A stretch of DNA of 26,491 nt from a virus (Duplodnaviria > Caudoviricetes), in IMG/VR virus record IMGVR_UViG_3300022890_000091, positions 1-26,491 of that record, one strand, 5' to 3'. The stretch's first letter is position 1. Each line of letters starts with the position of its first letter. Shown here in pieces: positions 1 to 7,160 of this stretch. The notes beneath the pieces were generated by a model, which saw only the letters and a program-made list of their open reading frames with translations, did not search any database and had not been told where the DNA came from. Position numbers and translations under genes: made by a program.

Positions 1-10
1 TGTGAGATGG

Positions 11-45
11 GGTCTGGCATGGTTTGGTCGGGCGAGGCGAGGATT
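11..45 (+). repeat. GGYNN pentamer array (7 in-phase units; may extend beyond the window start)
   Basis: GGTCT GGCAT GGTTT GGTCG GGCGA GGCGA GGATT: GG every 5 nt. Confidence 0.85.
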
Positions 46-74
46 TTTTAATCTAAAATAGAAAGGGGGAACTT

Positions 75-599
75 ATGAACGATTCAGTTGGCAACGGAAG
101 CAATGGGGATTTAAAGACATTTCCACCTTATAAGAATGCGCTTGAAGAGATCGTGAAAATAACGACTGACGAGGGATACGGAGTATTGTTCACCCATGAG
201 CAGTTGAATGAATGGATGGATATGAAGGAGCCGGAAACGATCGAGGAATACAAGAAATTTGAATTCGAGCGGTTGTCAGCCATTGAGCCTTTGAAAGCAG
301 AGTTATTGGTTGATTACAGCATCTTCTTGAGTAACGAGGTTGGGCAAGGGTATCGAGTTCTGGAGCCTAATGAGCAAGTGACAAGCGGGGTGGATCGATA
401 TTTGAAGAAGGCGCAGAGGACAGTTTTGAAGTCCATGCAGGTATTGGTTCATGTAGCAGAAGACATGCTATCTCTTGAAAATCAAAGTTTACGATTACGA
501 AAGATGGAACGGGCAGCTTTTCTTCAGGCGGCGTTTAGGAAGCGAAAAATTCCGTCATTGAAAGGAAAAGTGCAAGAGTTATCAGATGATCCAACTTAG
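75..599 (+). CDS. Hypothetical protein (174 aa) bracketed by pentamer arrays; possible nucleic-acid-binding protein
   Basis: Clean ORF with purine-rich RBS (AAGGGGGA). Contains 'LSNEVGQGYRVL' (resembles a winged-helix wing) and a basic C-terminus. Function not assignable. Confidence 0.75.
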   Translation: MNDSVGNGSNGDLKTFPPYKNALEEIVKITTDEGYGVLFTHEQLNEWMDMKEPETIEEYKKFEFERLSAIEPLKAELLVDYSIFLSNEVGQGYRVLEPNEQVTSGVDRYLKKAQRTVLKSMQVLVHVAEDMLSLENQSLRLRKMERAAFLQAAFRKRKIPSLKGKVQELSDDPT

Positions 600-722
600 G
601 GTGTGGTGAGGTAGGGTGCGGTCCGGCGGGGCAAGGTCCGGCAGGGCAGGGCAGGGAAATTCGGTGTGGCATGGCATGGTTCGGTTAGGTTGGGTACGGC
701 AAGGTTGGGCAGGGCGAGGTAA
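600..722 (+). repeat. Double GGYNN pentamer array, 12 units (600-659) + TTC + 12 units (663-722)
   Basis: All 24 pentamers start with GG and 23 of 24 have C/T at position 3. The array fills the whole intergenic space, and its last units supply GAGGT (716-720), the likely terL Shine-Dalgarno. Confidence 0.95.
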
Positions 723-724
723 AT

Positions 725-2566
725 ATGTCTAAAGCTGAAGATTATCGCAAAGGTGGAGAGGGATTTATCCAGTGGGTTGAGGAGAATGTTCGGTTGTCTG
801 TATTTCCGGAAGGATCAGATATCCCACAGTGGATGTCGTTTCCTGAGTTCCCGCCGAAGATTCGAGAGATGTGGAAAAGACAGCAAGAGTATTTAATTAT
901 CCCAGGTCTTGAGATGAATGATGGGGAATTTAAGTATCGGCTTTTGATTGCTATGTGGCCACGGGGTGAAGGAAAATCGGTTGAGGCTATTCTAATTCAG
1001 CTTTGGCGGTTTTTCTGTTTTCCAAAGATGACAATTATTTTGGGCGCTAACAGTTCGGGGCAAGTGCGCTTCCATCATTTTGAGGAAATGGTGCGGGTGA
1101 TTTCTAATAGTCCAAGATTAGTCACAAAATTGGGGAAACAAAACCTTCAGCAAAGGCAAATTCAAATGAAGGATGGTAAAGGGAATGTTACGTCCTTCAT
1201 CCGGCCCGTTTCGTCATTTACTGGAATTTATAGTGGATGCACGGGCTACACATTTAATGAATTCCATCAGGCCAAGAATTTCAAGTTCTTCACTGAGATT
1301 GACAGTTCCATGCGTGGGATTAAAAATGGATTAGGAGTTATCGATACAACGGTTGCGCCAAAAAGCCATATTCTTTATAGGCTATATCAAACGTGGAAAA
1401 ATAAAAAAGATCCCTACCTATTTTATTCTTTTCGGCAAACCAAAGGAACTGAGAAAGAGTTTTGGAATCCTGGGATAACGCAAGCATATCTTGATTCCCA
1501 AAAAGAACGTCTGCCATTTGGGGAATACGAGCGATTTTATATCAATTCCTGGTCTGCCGGCGCCGAGCGGGTGTTCACTGACGAGATAATTGAGGCGACC
1601 AACTTCCTTGGGATTGATCACCAGCTTAATGTTCATCCGGCGCTTATGGAAATCCTCACTGCTAAAAATAAACTTGTTGAGCAGGAGCAGAAGATTATCC
1701 GGCAGGGTAAAGATTCGGAGGAGGAATTTGAGGAGCCCACGGTTGCGCCAATATTGTTTGAGCAGCACAAGGATCGATTTGGAGAGTGGGATCAGCGGTT
1801 ATGGCCAGTGAGCGATATTTACACCCTGTCTGATGCTTTCGGGAATTCTGCAATGGCGTCTGTGGAGGACCTCCAGAAGATCGGAGATATGTACGATACT
1901 GACTGGGCGATTATGGCGGGGATGGATAGGGCGGACCCTATGAAGACCCGGACAGCGGCCAGGACAATCGTGACGGCCATAGCGAAGGGATTGGCGGGCT
2001 CCCGGTCGAATCCGTATCCGGCTGACAATGCGGACGCCCCGCGGTATTTATATTTTCTTCTTCATCTGGTAGACGTTGAGGATCATTCGATTGAGGTGGT
2101 GAAGGATGTCTTGACAGCCATAAAAGATGAGTATAATGGAATTGACGTGTTCGGGACTGAACGCTGGGGAGCGGTGGATACCGTGCAGTGGTGTGAGGAC
2201 AATGATATCTTGCCCATAATCTATTATCCGGTATACGCTCGGCAGAGGACTATGTTCACGGAATTATATTTGGCGTACAAGAGTGGCAGGTTTAAGACCC
2301 CGCCTGTTTTAGTCCGAGGGCAAAAGCAGGATGATATTCTCAAAGAAGAGGCGAGTGTGTTTGACCATAATCCCGAGGCGTCAAAGAGTAAGTTTGGGAG
2401 CCCCGAGAAGTCCGAGAAGTACGGAATCCAGGATGATTGCATGTTTTCAGTGGGGTCAGCGGTGTACGCTGGGTTGAATTTAGGCGTGGACAGTTTCCGG
2501 GAGCGGAAGGGTGCTAAGAGTTTTGGGATGTTTTTTAAAGCGGGGGGATTGCTGGGGAAATGGTAG
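725..2566 (+). CDS. terL: Terminase large subunit
   Basis: Walker A-like PRGEGKS, Walker B-like GYTFNE, motif III-like DTT, RNase H-like nuclease acidic motifs (MAGMDRA ... QDDCMFS); lies upstream of the portal gene. Confidence 0.9.
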   Translation: MSKAEDYRKGGEGFIQWVEENVRLSVFPEGSDIPQWMSFPEFPPKIREMWKRQQEYLIIPGLEMNDGEFKYRLLIAMWPRGEGKSVEAILIQLWRFFCFPKMTIILGANSSGQVRFHHFEEMVRVISNSPRLVTKLGKQNLQQRQIQMKDGKGNVTSFIRPVSSFTGIYSGCTGYTFNEFHQAKNFKFFTEIDSSMRGIKNGLGVIDTTVAPKSHILYRLYQTWKNKKDPYLFYSFRQTKGTEKEFWNPGITQAYLDSQKERLPFGEYERFYINSWSAGAERVFTDEIIEATNFLGIDHQLNVHPALMEILTAKNKLVEQEQKIIRQGKDSEEEFEEPTVAPILFEQHKDRFGEWDQRLWPVSDIYTLSDAFGNSAMASVEDLQKIGDMYDTDWAIMAGMDRADPMKTRTAARTIVTAIAKGLAGSRSNPYPADNADAPRYLYFLLHLVDVEDHSIEVVKDVLTAIKDEYNGIDVFGTERWGAVDTVQWCEDNDILPIIYYPVYARQRTMFTELYLAYKSGRFKTPPVLVRGQKQDDILKEEASVFDHNPEASKSKFGSPEKSEKYGIQDDCMFSVGSAVYAGLNLGVDSFRERKGAKSFGMFFKAGGLLGKW

Positions 2567-2766
2567 AAACTAATTATATACTGGATGGTGTGAAAATCTA
2601 TGATCCAAGGGATAATTCATGGAAAGTGTCCGACAATCCGGCATTGGTTATGGCTGAGCTGGCCTGTCGAGGACATATACAAACGGGATGGAGACTCGAC
2701 AAGGCATTAGATAATACATTTTGGGATAAAATTGGGGAGCTTGCTGATTTTTGTGACGGTATTTAA
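2560..2766 (+). CDS. 68-aa protein resembling an isolated segment of a tail-tip (gpJ-like) protein
   Basis: GVKIYDPR...SDNPALVMAE...LADFCD matches the GxKxYDPR...SxNPAL...AxxCD motif I recognise from siphophage tail-tip proteins. Start overlaps the terL stop. Confidence 0.6.
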   Translation: MVETNYILDGVKIYDPRDNSWKVSDNPALVMAELACRGHIQTGWRLDKALDNTFWDKIGELADFCDGI

Positions 2767-2809
2767 AGACGAACTACGTGATTGTGGCATTGCAAAAAGG
2801 AGAATTCAA

Positions 2810-3196
2810 ATGAATGAAAAAGCGGAATTGACGATGGGGCGTCCTCGGGACGCACTTACAAACGAGAAATTAACCGTGTACCTCGATGTGATTAGCCTGT
2901 TCACCAGTTTTACGGACCCGAAAATTCAGCGGCAGGTTGCCAAAAGCCCACAGAAGCAAGAGGCCCTGGGGCAACAAATGGCAAAGATCGGAATGCGCTT
3001 AGCCTTGATTGGTGCGGACAGTGTTGTTAAGGGATACTGTGAGTTCCGGGAGTTGTCACAACTGGAGGGTGCAAAATCAGAGGACATTGTACGGAGTTTC
3101 GGTGATTTAATGTTGAAAATGCGAGCTGACCTGTATGGTACGCAGACTTGTGATGTGAACGATATGCTGGGATCGTTTATCGTGGGGAAGATGTGA
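2810..3196 (+). CDS. Hypothetical helical protein (128 aa)
   Basis: AAGGAG RBS before ATG 2810, preferred over the 2732 start in the ORF track; ends with LMLKMRADL. Confidence 0.7.
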   Translation: MNEKAELTMGRPRDALTNEKLTVYLDVISLFTSFTDPKIQRQVAKSPQKQEALGQQMAKIGMRLALIGADSVVKGYCEFRELSQLEGAKSEDIVRSFGDLMLKMRADLYGTQTCDVNDMLGSFIVGKM

Positions 3197-3211
3197 TTGT
3201 GCATTTTTTCC

Positions 3212-3247
3212 TTGACACTCATAAGTTTTTGTGATAGGTGATAATTA
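3212..3247 (+). promoter_or_regulatory. Possible sigma70-type promoter upstream of the Com-like gene and head module
   Basis: Perfect TTGACA at 3212-3217 in an AT-rich intergenic stretch. The -10 at canonical spacing is poor (TAGGTG) and GATAAT lies too far away. Confidence 0.35.
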
Positions 3248-3283
3248 TACATAAATTTTTCTTATATAAAATAATGAGATTAA

Positions 3284-3406
3284 ATGGCTGAGATTGAGAT
3301 TCGTTGCCGAAAATGTAACGCTTTATTGTTCAAAGGAAAGCGGGAATATTTAGTGCGGGGAATTTCTGTCAAATGCAGGAGTTGCAAATGTGTGAATAGA
3401 TTTTAA
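3284..3406 (+). CDS. Com-family (phage Mu Com-like) zinc-finger protein, 40 aa, not in the ORF track
   Basis: Hand translation: MAEIEIRCRKCNALLFKGKREYLVRGISVKCRSCKCVNRF. It has the EIRCxxCxxLL...I.VKCxxCKxVN pattern typical of the Com family. Confidence 0.8.
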   Translation: MAEIEIRCRKCNALLFKGKREYLVRGISVKCRSCKCVNRF

Positions 3407-3415
3407 TAGGCAGTT

Positions 3416-3530
3416 GAGCGTCCCGAACGCCGAATAGTCCCAGAGCTTTTCAAAAGCCGAATTTAGAGAAAAGACGGAATTTAGTTCAATTCCTCCTTCG
3501 TCTTTCTCTGATTCGGCTTTTTTTATGGAG
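3416..3530 (+). promoter_or_regulatory. Structured leader of the portal gene: Com-target-like motifs, long hairpin and U-tract
   Basis: GAGCGTCC (3416) and GAACGCC (3425). AAAAGCCGAAT (3452-3462) pairs with ATTCGGCTTTT (3511-3521); AGAGAAA(A)GACG pairs with CGTCTTTCTCT; an inner GGAATT/AATTCC stem is present; T7 runs to 3524, directly before ATG 3525. Confidence 0.7.
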
Positions 3531-5171
3531 CCCATGCCAAAACCAAAGAAACCAGAACTTACTATAAATGATGTCCCTGATAAGTATCTCGAAGTTGTTG
3601 CCCGGGAGCTGTCCATGAGTACCCCGTGGCAATACGATCCGGACGAAGCGGGTTATCGAGATCCTGACACCGGACAATCCTCCGCCTATCCTGACAAGGA
3701 TGATTCCGCGACAACCAGGAGCGTTCTACAAGAGCAGTGCTTTGTTAAAGCTACCCGAAACCCCCAGGTAGCAACTGCCACCAAAGGTCTTGTAGGGCGT
3801 CTCACTGGTTTTGGTTTTGAGACCAGTTCTGAAATTCAGCAAATACAGGATGTTATTGAGGAAATTGAGCTTGATCCTCGAAATCGTCTCTATAATTACT
3901 GGCCGAAGTACGTTGGCCGGGGAAAAATTGAAGGGGAGTTGTTTCTTTGTCTCACCTGTCATACCACGGGTTTCATAGAAGTTGATTTTATTGACCCATC
4001 CGCCATTGAATCCAGTCAAGAAGAATCCGGTATTATATTCCATCCCACTAAAACCACAACTCCCCTTATTTACTGCATAAAAGACGATGAGAACGGCGTA
4101 GATGAGCAAATCCCGTCCATTTTTATCGCTCGATACCCCGAATGGCTTGAGTATGCAAAGCAAAGTCAGGCGTATTCGTCGACCGCGCTGAAAAATAGTA
4201 AGTCCGGAAAGAAAGTTTTCAAGAAAATGGGCGGGTTCAACCGTTTCATCGTGGCATGGGATCAGGGATATATCACAAGACGAAACATTGGCCACATCCG
4301 GACGGTTCTTGAGTGGGTACAGTATTACGAGGACATTAAAAAGTATGAACTGGACCACAAGAAATCCGCGGGAGCCTATGTGTGGATTGTGAACTTCACG
4401 GACGTGAAATCGTGGATCCAGTGGTTGAAAATGTCAGATGCAGATCGGCAAAAGACAGGCATTGCAGCCAAAAAGACCCCGGGCGGAACGATGGTGCTGG
4501 GGCCAAACATGGAAATGAAGGCGTCAAACCCGAATCTACCGAATATCTCCGATTCAGATTCAGATATTATGGCCATGGTTACGTCAGGCTTAAATGAAGA
4601 ATCAGGTGTAACTACAGGGCAGTCAACCGGGACGTTTGCGTCTGTTAAGGAATCCCGGGGACCTATGAGTGACCGGACTTCTGATGAGATTGCCTATTTC
4701 GAGCGGTTCCTCCGGTATGATTTCTGGGGGAGCATTTTTTTCTTACGGTCACAAGTGACTGCATTTCCGGAATTCTTCAATGTCGAAGAGGCTGTGGCGT
4801 TTAAACCCGGGAAAAGTGACGGCGAATCCGAGCCGATTTTCAAAAAAGTCAAGAAACATCCCGAGGCTATTATCGACATCAATTTCCCGACTTCTGAAAT
4901 CAACGATATGGAATCCAGGGCGCGGAGCCTTTTTGGTGTAAAGCACAGTGATCTGAGCGATACAGCGGGGATCCCGAAATCCGAATTGGTTAAAAAATTG
5001 GGTTATGCAAATTATCCAAAAATGAGACTTCAGTATGAGACTGAAAAAAGAAAATATCCGGAATTACCAATGACAGTAGATGCGGAGAGCATCCAGGAGA
5101 GTCAGCAGGCGGAACCGGCAAGAAAGAAGGTGAAAGACGATGGCAAAGGGAGTTCCAAAGAAAAACGGTAG
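3525..5171 (+). CDS. Portal protein
   Basis: 548 aa between terL and the protease. 'IEGELFL...IEVDFIDPSAI' resembles the portal GE-x-F segment. An alternative start exists at ATG 3534 after GGAG. Confidence 0.85.
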   Translation: MEPMPKPKKPELTINDVPDKYLEVVARELSMSTPWQYDPDEAGYRDPDTGQSSAYPDKDDSATTRSVLQEQCFVKATRNPQVATATKGLVGRLTGFGFETSSEIQQIQDVIEEIELDPRNRLYNYWPKYVGRGKIEGELFLCLTCHTTGFIEVDFIDPSAIESSQEESGIIFHPTKTTTPLIYCIKDDENGVDEQIPSIFIARYPEWLEYAKQSQAYSSTALKNSKSGKKVFKKMGGFNRFIVAWDQGYITRRNIGHIRTVLEWVQYYEDIKKYELDHKKSAGAYVWIVNFTDVKSWIQWLKMSDADRQKTGIAAKKTPGGTMVLGPNMEMKASNPNLPNISDSDSDIMAMVTSGLNEESGVTTGQSTGTFASVKESRGPMSDRTSDEIAYFERFLRYDFWGSIFFLRSQVTAFPEFFNVEEAVAFKPGKSDGESEPIFKKVKKHPEAIIDINFPTSEINDMESRARSLFGVKHSDLSDTAGIPKSELVKKLGYANYPKMRLQYETEKRKYPELPMTVDAESIQESQQAEPARKKVKDDGKGSSKEKR

Positions 5172-5247
5172 TGGTGGTGGAACCAGGAATAACCGTGGGC
5201 GCGGGGGTTGTAAACCGACCCGGAAAACAGGAAAAGGCAGGAAGTAA
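5140..5247 (+). CDS. 35-aa highly basic Gly/Lys/Arg-rich peptide, not in the ORF track
   Basis: MAKGVPKKNGSGGGTRNNRGRGGCKPTRKTGKGRK, with an AAGGTGA RBS. Overlaps the portal 3' end and fills the portal-protease gap. Confidence 0.65.
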   Translation: MAKGVPKKNGSGGGTRNNRGRGGCKPTRKTGKGRK

Positions 5248-5270
5248 TGAAAAAAAAGGAGAAACAATCA

Positions 5271-6440
5271 ATGGAAACTACAGTTACGAAAATGCCGAAA
5301 GCGGCTCTTCATTTTATGGATCACGAAGGGTTTGCTCAAGTGAAAGATCAAGACGGCGAGGATGATTTCCAGATGGTTGCGTATAGCGGGGGGATTATTG
5401 AAGACCACTGGTATTGGGGAAATTTGTCAATTGATTTGGCGGGGATGTCTTTCCCGAAAAAACAGTATCCTATCCTTGAAAACCATGAAACGTCTAAAAA
5501 GATTGCATTTGCTAAAAAGCCGGATACCAGTATGGGGGCAATTAAATTCAATGGTGCTCAATTTGTTGATACTCCGGAAAGTAAGGAATTCAGGAAGCTA
5601 TCAAAATCCGGATTTCCGTTTGAGGCCAGTATTTATGCTTCCCCTACTTCTGTGGAAAGACTTAATAAGGGTGAAAAAGCGGAAGTGAACGGGATAGTCC
5701 TGAAGGGACCAGGGACTGTTTGGCGCAAATCTACATTCAAAGAGGCTTCGGTTTGTGTATTCGGGTATGACACCAACACAAAATCAGCGGCTTTTGCAAG
5801 TGATGAGATAGAGATAAGTCTTAAAACCATAAGCAACGCTCGGAGCGACCAAGCCGATAAACAATTTAACGAGGAGGTGAAGGAAATGAACTTTGAGCAG
5901 TTAAGCAAGGAACACCCTGAGCTTTTGGCCGAAATCGTGACTAAAACCACTGATGATGTGACCAAAGAGCTTTCTGATAAGTTCGATAAGGAAAAAACGG
6001 ACCTTGAGGACAAGCTGGCCCAGGAGCGAGATGGTCGTAGCGATGAGCGTAAGGAATCAAAGAAAGAGATTGCCGCGCTTCAGAAGTCTGATGCCATCCG
6101 CACGGAAAAGGAGCTGAAGTCTGATGCCAAAGAGATCTGGAATGAGAAATTGAGCGAGAGCACAATTCCGGATCGACTGAATGACAAGGTGAGGAATCAA
6201 GTCAGTCATGAAGATTTCATCAAAGATGACCAGCTTGATGCCGAGGCTTTCGGGAAGGCGGTCGATGCCGAGATCGAAGATTGGGAATCCAGGGGCATAA
6301 CTTCAGAAACGTCTGGTTTTGGTGTTTCGGTCAAGGAGGTTGAGGGCGAGAGCGCCAAACTGAAGAAAGAAGACCAGGCCGATGAAGATTTGGCGGATGA
6401 GATATTCGTCATGTCCGGTGGAAAAAAGGAGGTGAAGTAA
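5271..6440 (+). CDS. Prohead maturation protease fused to an acidic scaffolding domain
   Basis: AGGAG RBS before ATG 5271. Protease-like motifs AYSGG, PILENH, GFPFEASI, FKEASVCVFGYD; charged coiled-coil C-terminal half; lies between portal and capsid genes. Confidence 0.8.
   Translation: METTVTKMPKAALHFMDHEGFAQVKDQDGEDDFQMVAYSGGIIEDHWYWGNLSIDLAGMSFPKKQYPILENHETSKKIAFAKKPDTSMGAIKFNGAQFVDTPESKEFRKLSKSGFPFEASIYASPTSVERLNKGEKAEVNGIVLKGPGTVWRKSTFKEASVCVFGYDTNTKSAAFASDEIEISLKTISNARSDQADKQFNEEVKEMNFEQLSKEHPELLAEIVTKTTDDVTKELSDKFDKEKTDLEDKLAQERDGRSDERKESKKEIAALQKSDAIRTEKELKSDAKEIWNEKLSESTIPDRLNDKVRNQVSHEDFIKDDQLDAEAFGKAVDAEIEDWESRGITSETSGFGVSVKEVEGESAKLKKEDQADEDLADEIFVMSGGKKEVK
5886..6440 (+). CDS. 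Internal in-frame scaffolding protein (184 aa)
   Basis: Strong internal RBS GAGGAGGTGA before in-frame ATG 5886 (MNFEQLSKEHPELL); same arrangement as lambda Nu3 inside gene C. Confidence 0.65.
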   Translation: MNFEQLSKEHPELLAEIVTKTTDDVTKELSDKFDKEKTDLEDKLAQERDGRSDERKESKKEIAALQKSDAIRTEKELKSDAKEIWNEKLSESTIPDRLNDKVRNQVSHEDFIKDDQLDAEAFGKAVDAEIEDWESRGITSETSGFGVSVKEVEGESAKLKKEDQADEDLADEIFVMSGGKKEVK

Positions 6441-6441
6441 T

Positions 6442-7137
6442 ATGCCACAAGGAGATACACCATATATTTTGAGAGGTTCACAGTCCGATATGAAACGGCT
6501 GTTTTACAGTGACCCCAACAATGCTTTATCGAGGGCGATAACCATTCCTGCCGGCTACGGAATTATAGAAGCTGGTGCAGTTATGGGGATCATCACGGAG
6601 AGCACAAGTCGAGTGGATCAGTATGTGCCGTACACTGGCATTGATACTGTTGGGAACGTAGCGGCTGGAATTGCCGATCTGTTTGGGGCTGCATTCTTAG
6701 TGTCCGACCCGAGTACCGGAACGACCGGATACACTACGTTGAATGACAGCTACAAGTTTCTCGTGGGTGATCATCTGGTTTGCGGGGACAGCGATCGTGC
6801 TGGGACCGAAACGGACCTTGGCGCGATTACGGCCATTGACAGAACAACTTATACCCACATGGGGGTAATCACGGTAACGAATGCTTTTGAATCGCAAACC
6901 ATAGCCAAAGGCGCTGTGATCACCATCCAGAGCTTTGCCACAACTCCATTTGTGAAAGGCGTTGGGATTTTGGTTGGAACCGTAGATGCTGGGACGGGCG
7001 AGGACGCCAAGGGAGCGCAGGGTGTTATGGTCATCAAAAACGCCATGCTTTATAAGGATTCGCTGTATAACTATAACGCCGATGTTCTGACGGACCTTTC
7101 GGGTTCTGTTGAGAACGGGCGATACCTGGTTATGTAA
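6442..7137 (+). CDS. Head decoration protein (lambda gpD-like) with an inserted domain
   Basis: Directly upstream of a gpE-type capsid gene. ITIPAGYGIIEAGAVMGII and GVGILVGTVDA are typical of this family. Confidence 0.75.
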   Translation: MPQGDTPYILRGSQSDMKRLFYSDPNNALSRAITIPAGYGIIEAGAVMGIITESTSRVDQYVPYTGIDTVGNVAAGIADLFGAAFLVSDPSTGTTGYTTLNDSYKFLVGDHLVCGDSDRAGTETDLGAITAIDRTTYTHMGVITVTNAFESQTIAKGAVITIQSFATTPFVKGVGILVGTVDAGTGEDAKGAQGVMVIKNAMLYKDSLYNYNADVLTDLSGSVENGRYLVM

Positions 7138-7160
7138 GAAAGGAAAGGAGGTGAACAAAT

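Noticed and set aside
75-599. ORF as terminase small subunit
   Set aside because: The position fits, but I see no recognisable TerS N-terminal HTH or oligomerisation pattern; left as hypothetical.
600-722. Pentamer array as a CRISPR array or simple microsatellite
   Set aside because: There is no long repeat with unique spacers and no cas gene, and the units differ at positions 3-5, unlike slippage repeats.
1590-1900. Intein in the terminase insert
   Set aside because: No Cys/Ser start with His-Asn end and no LAGLIDADG motifs.
5171-5365. 64-aa ORF from the ORF track
   Set aside because: It overlaps the better-supported basic peptide and protease frames and has no convincing RBS.
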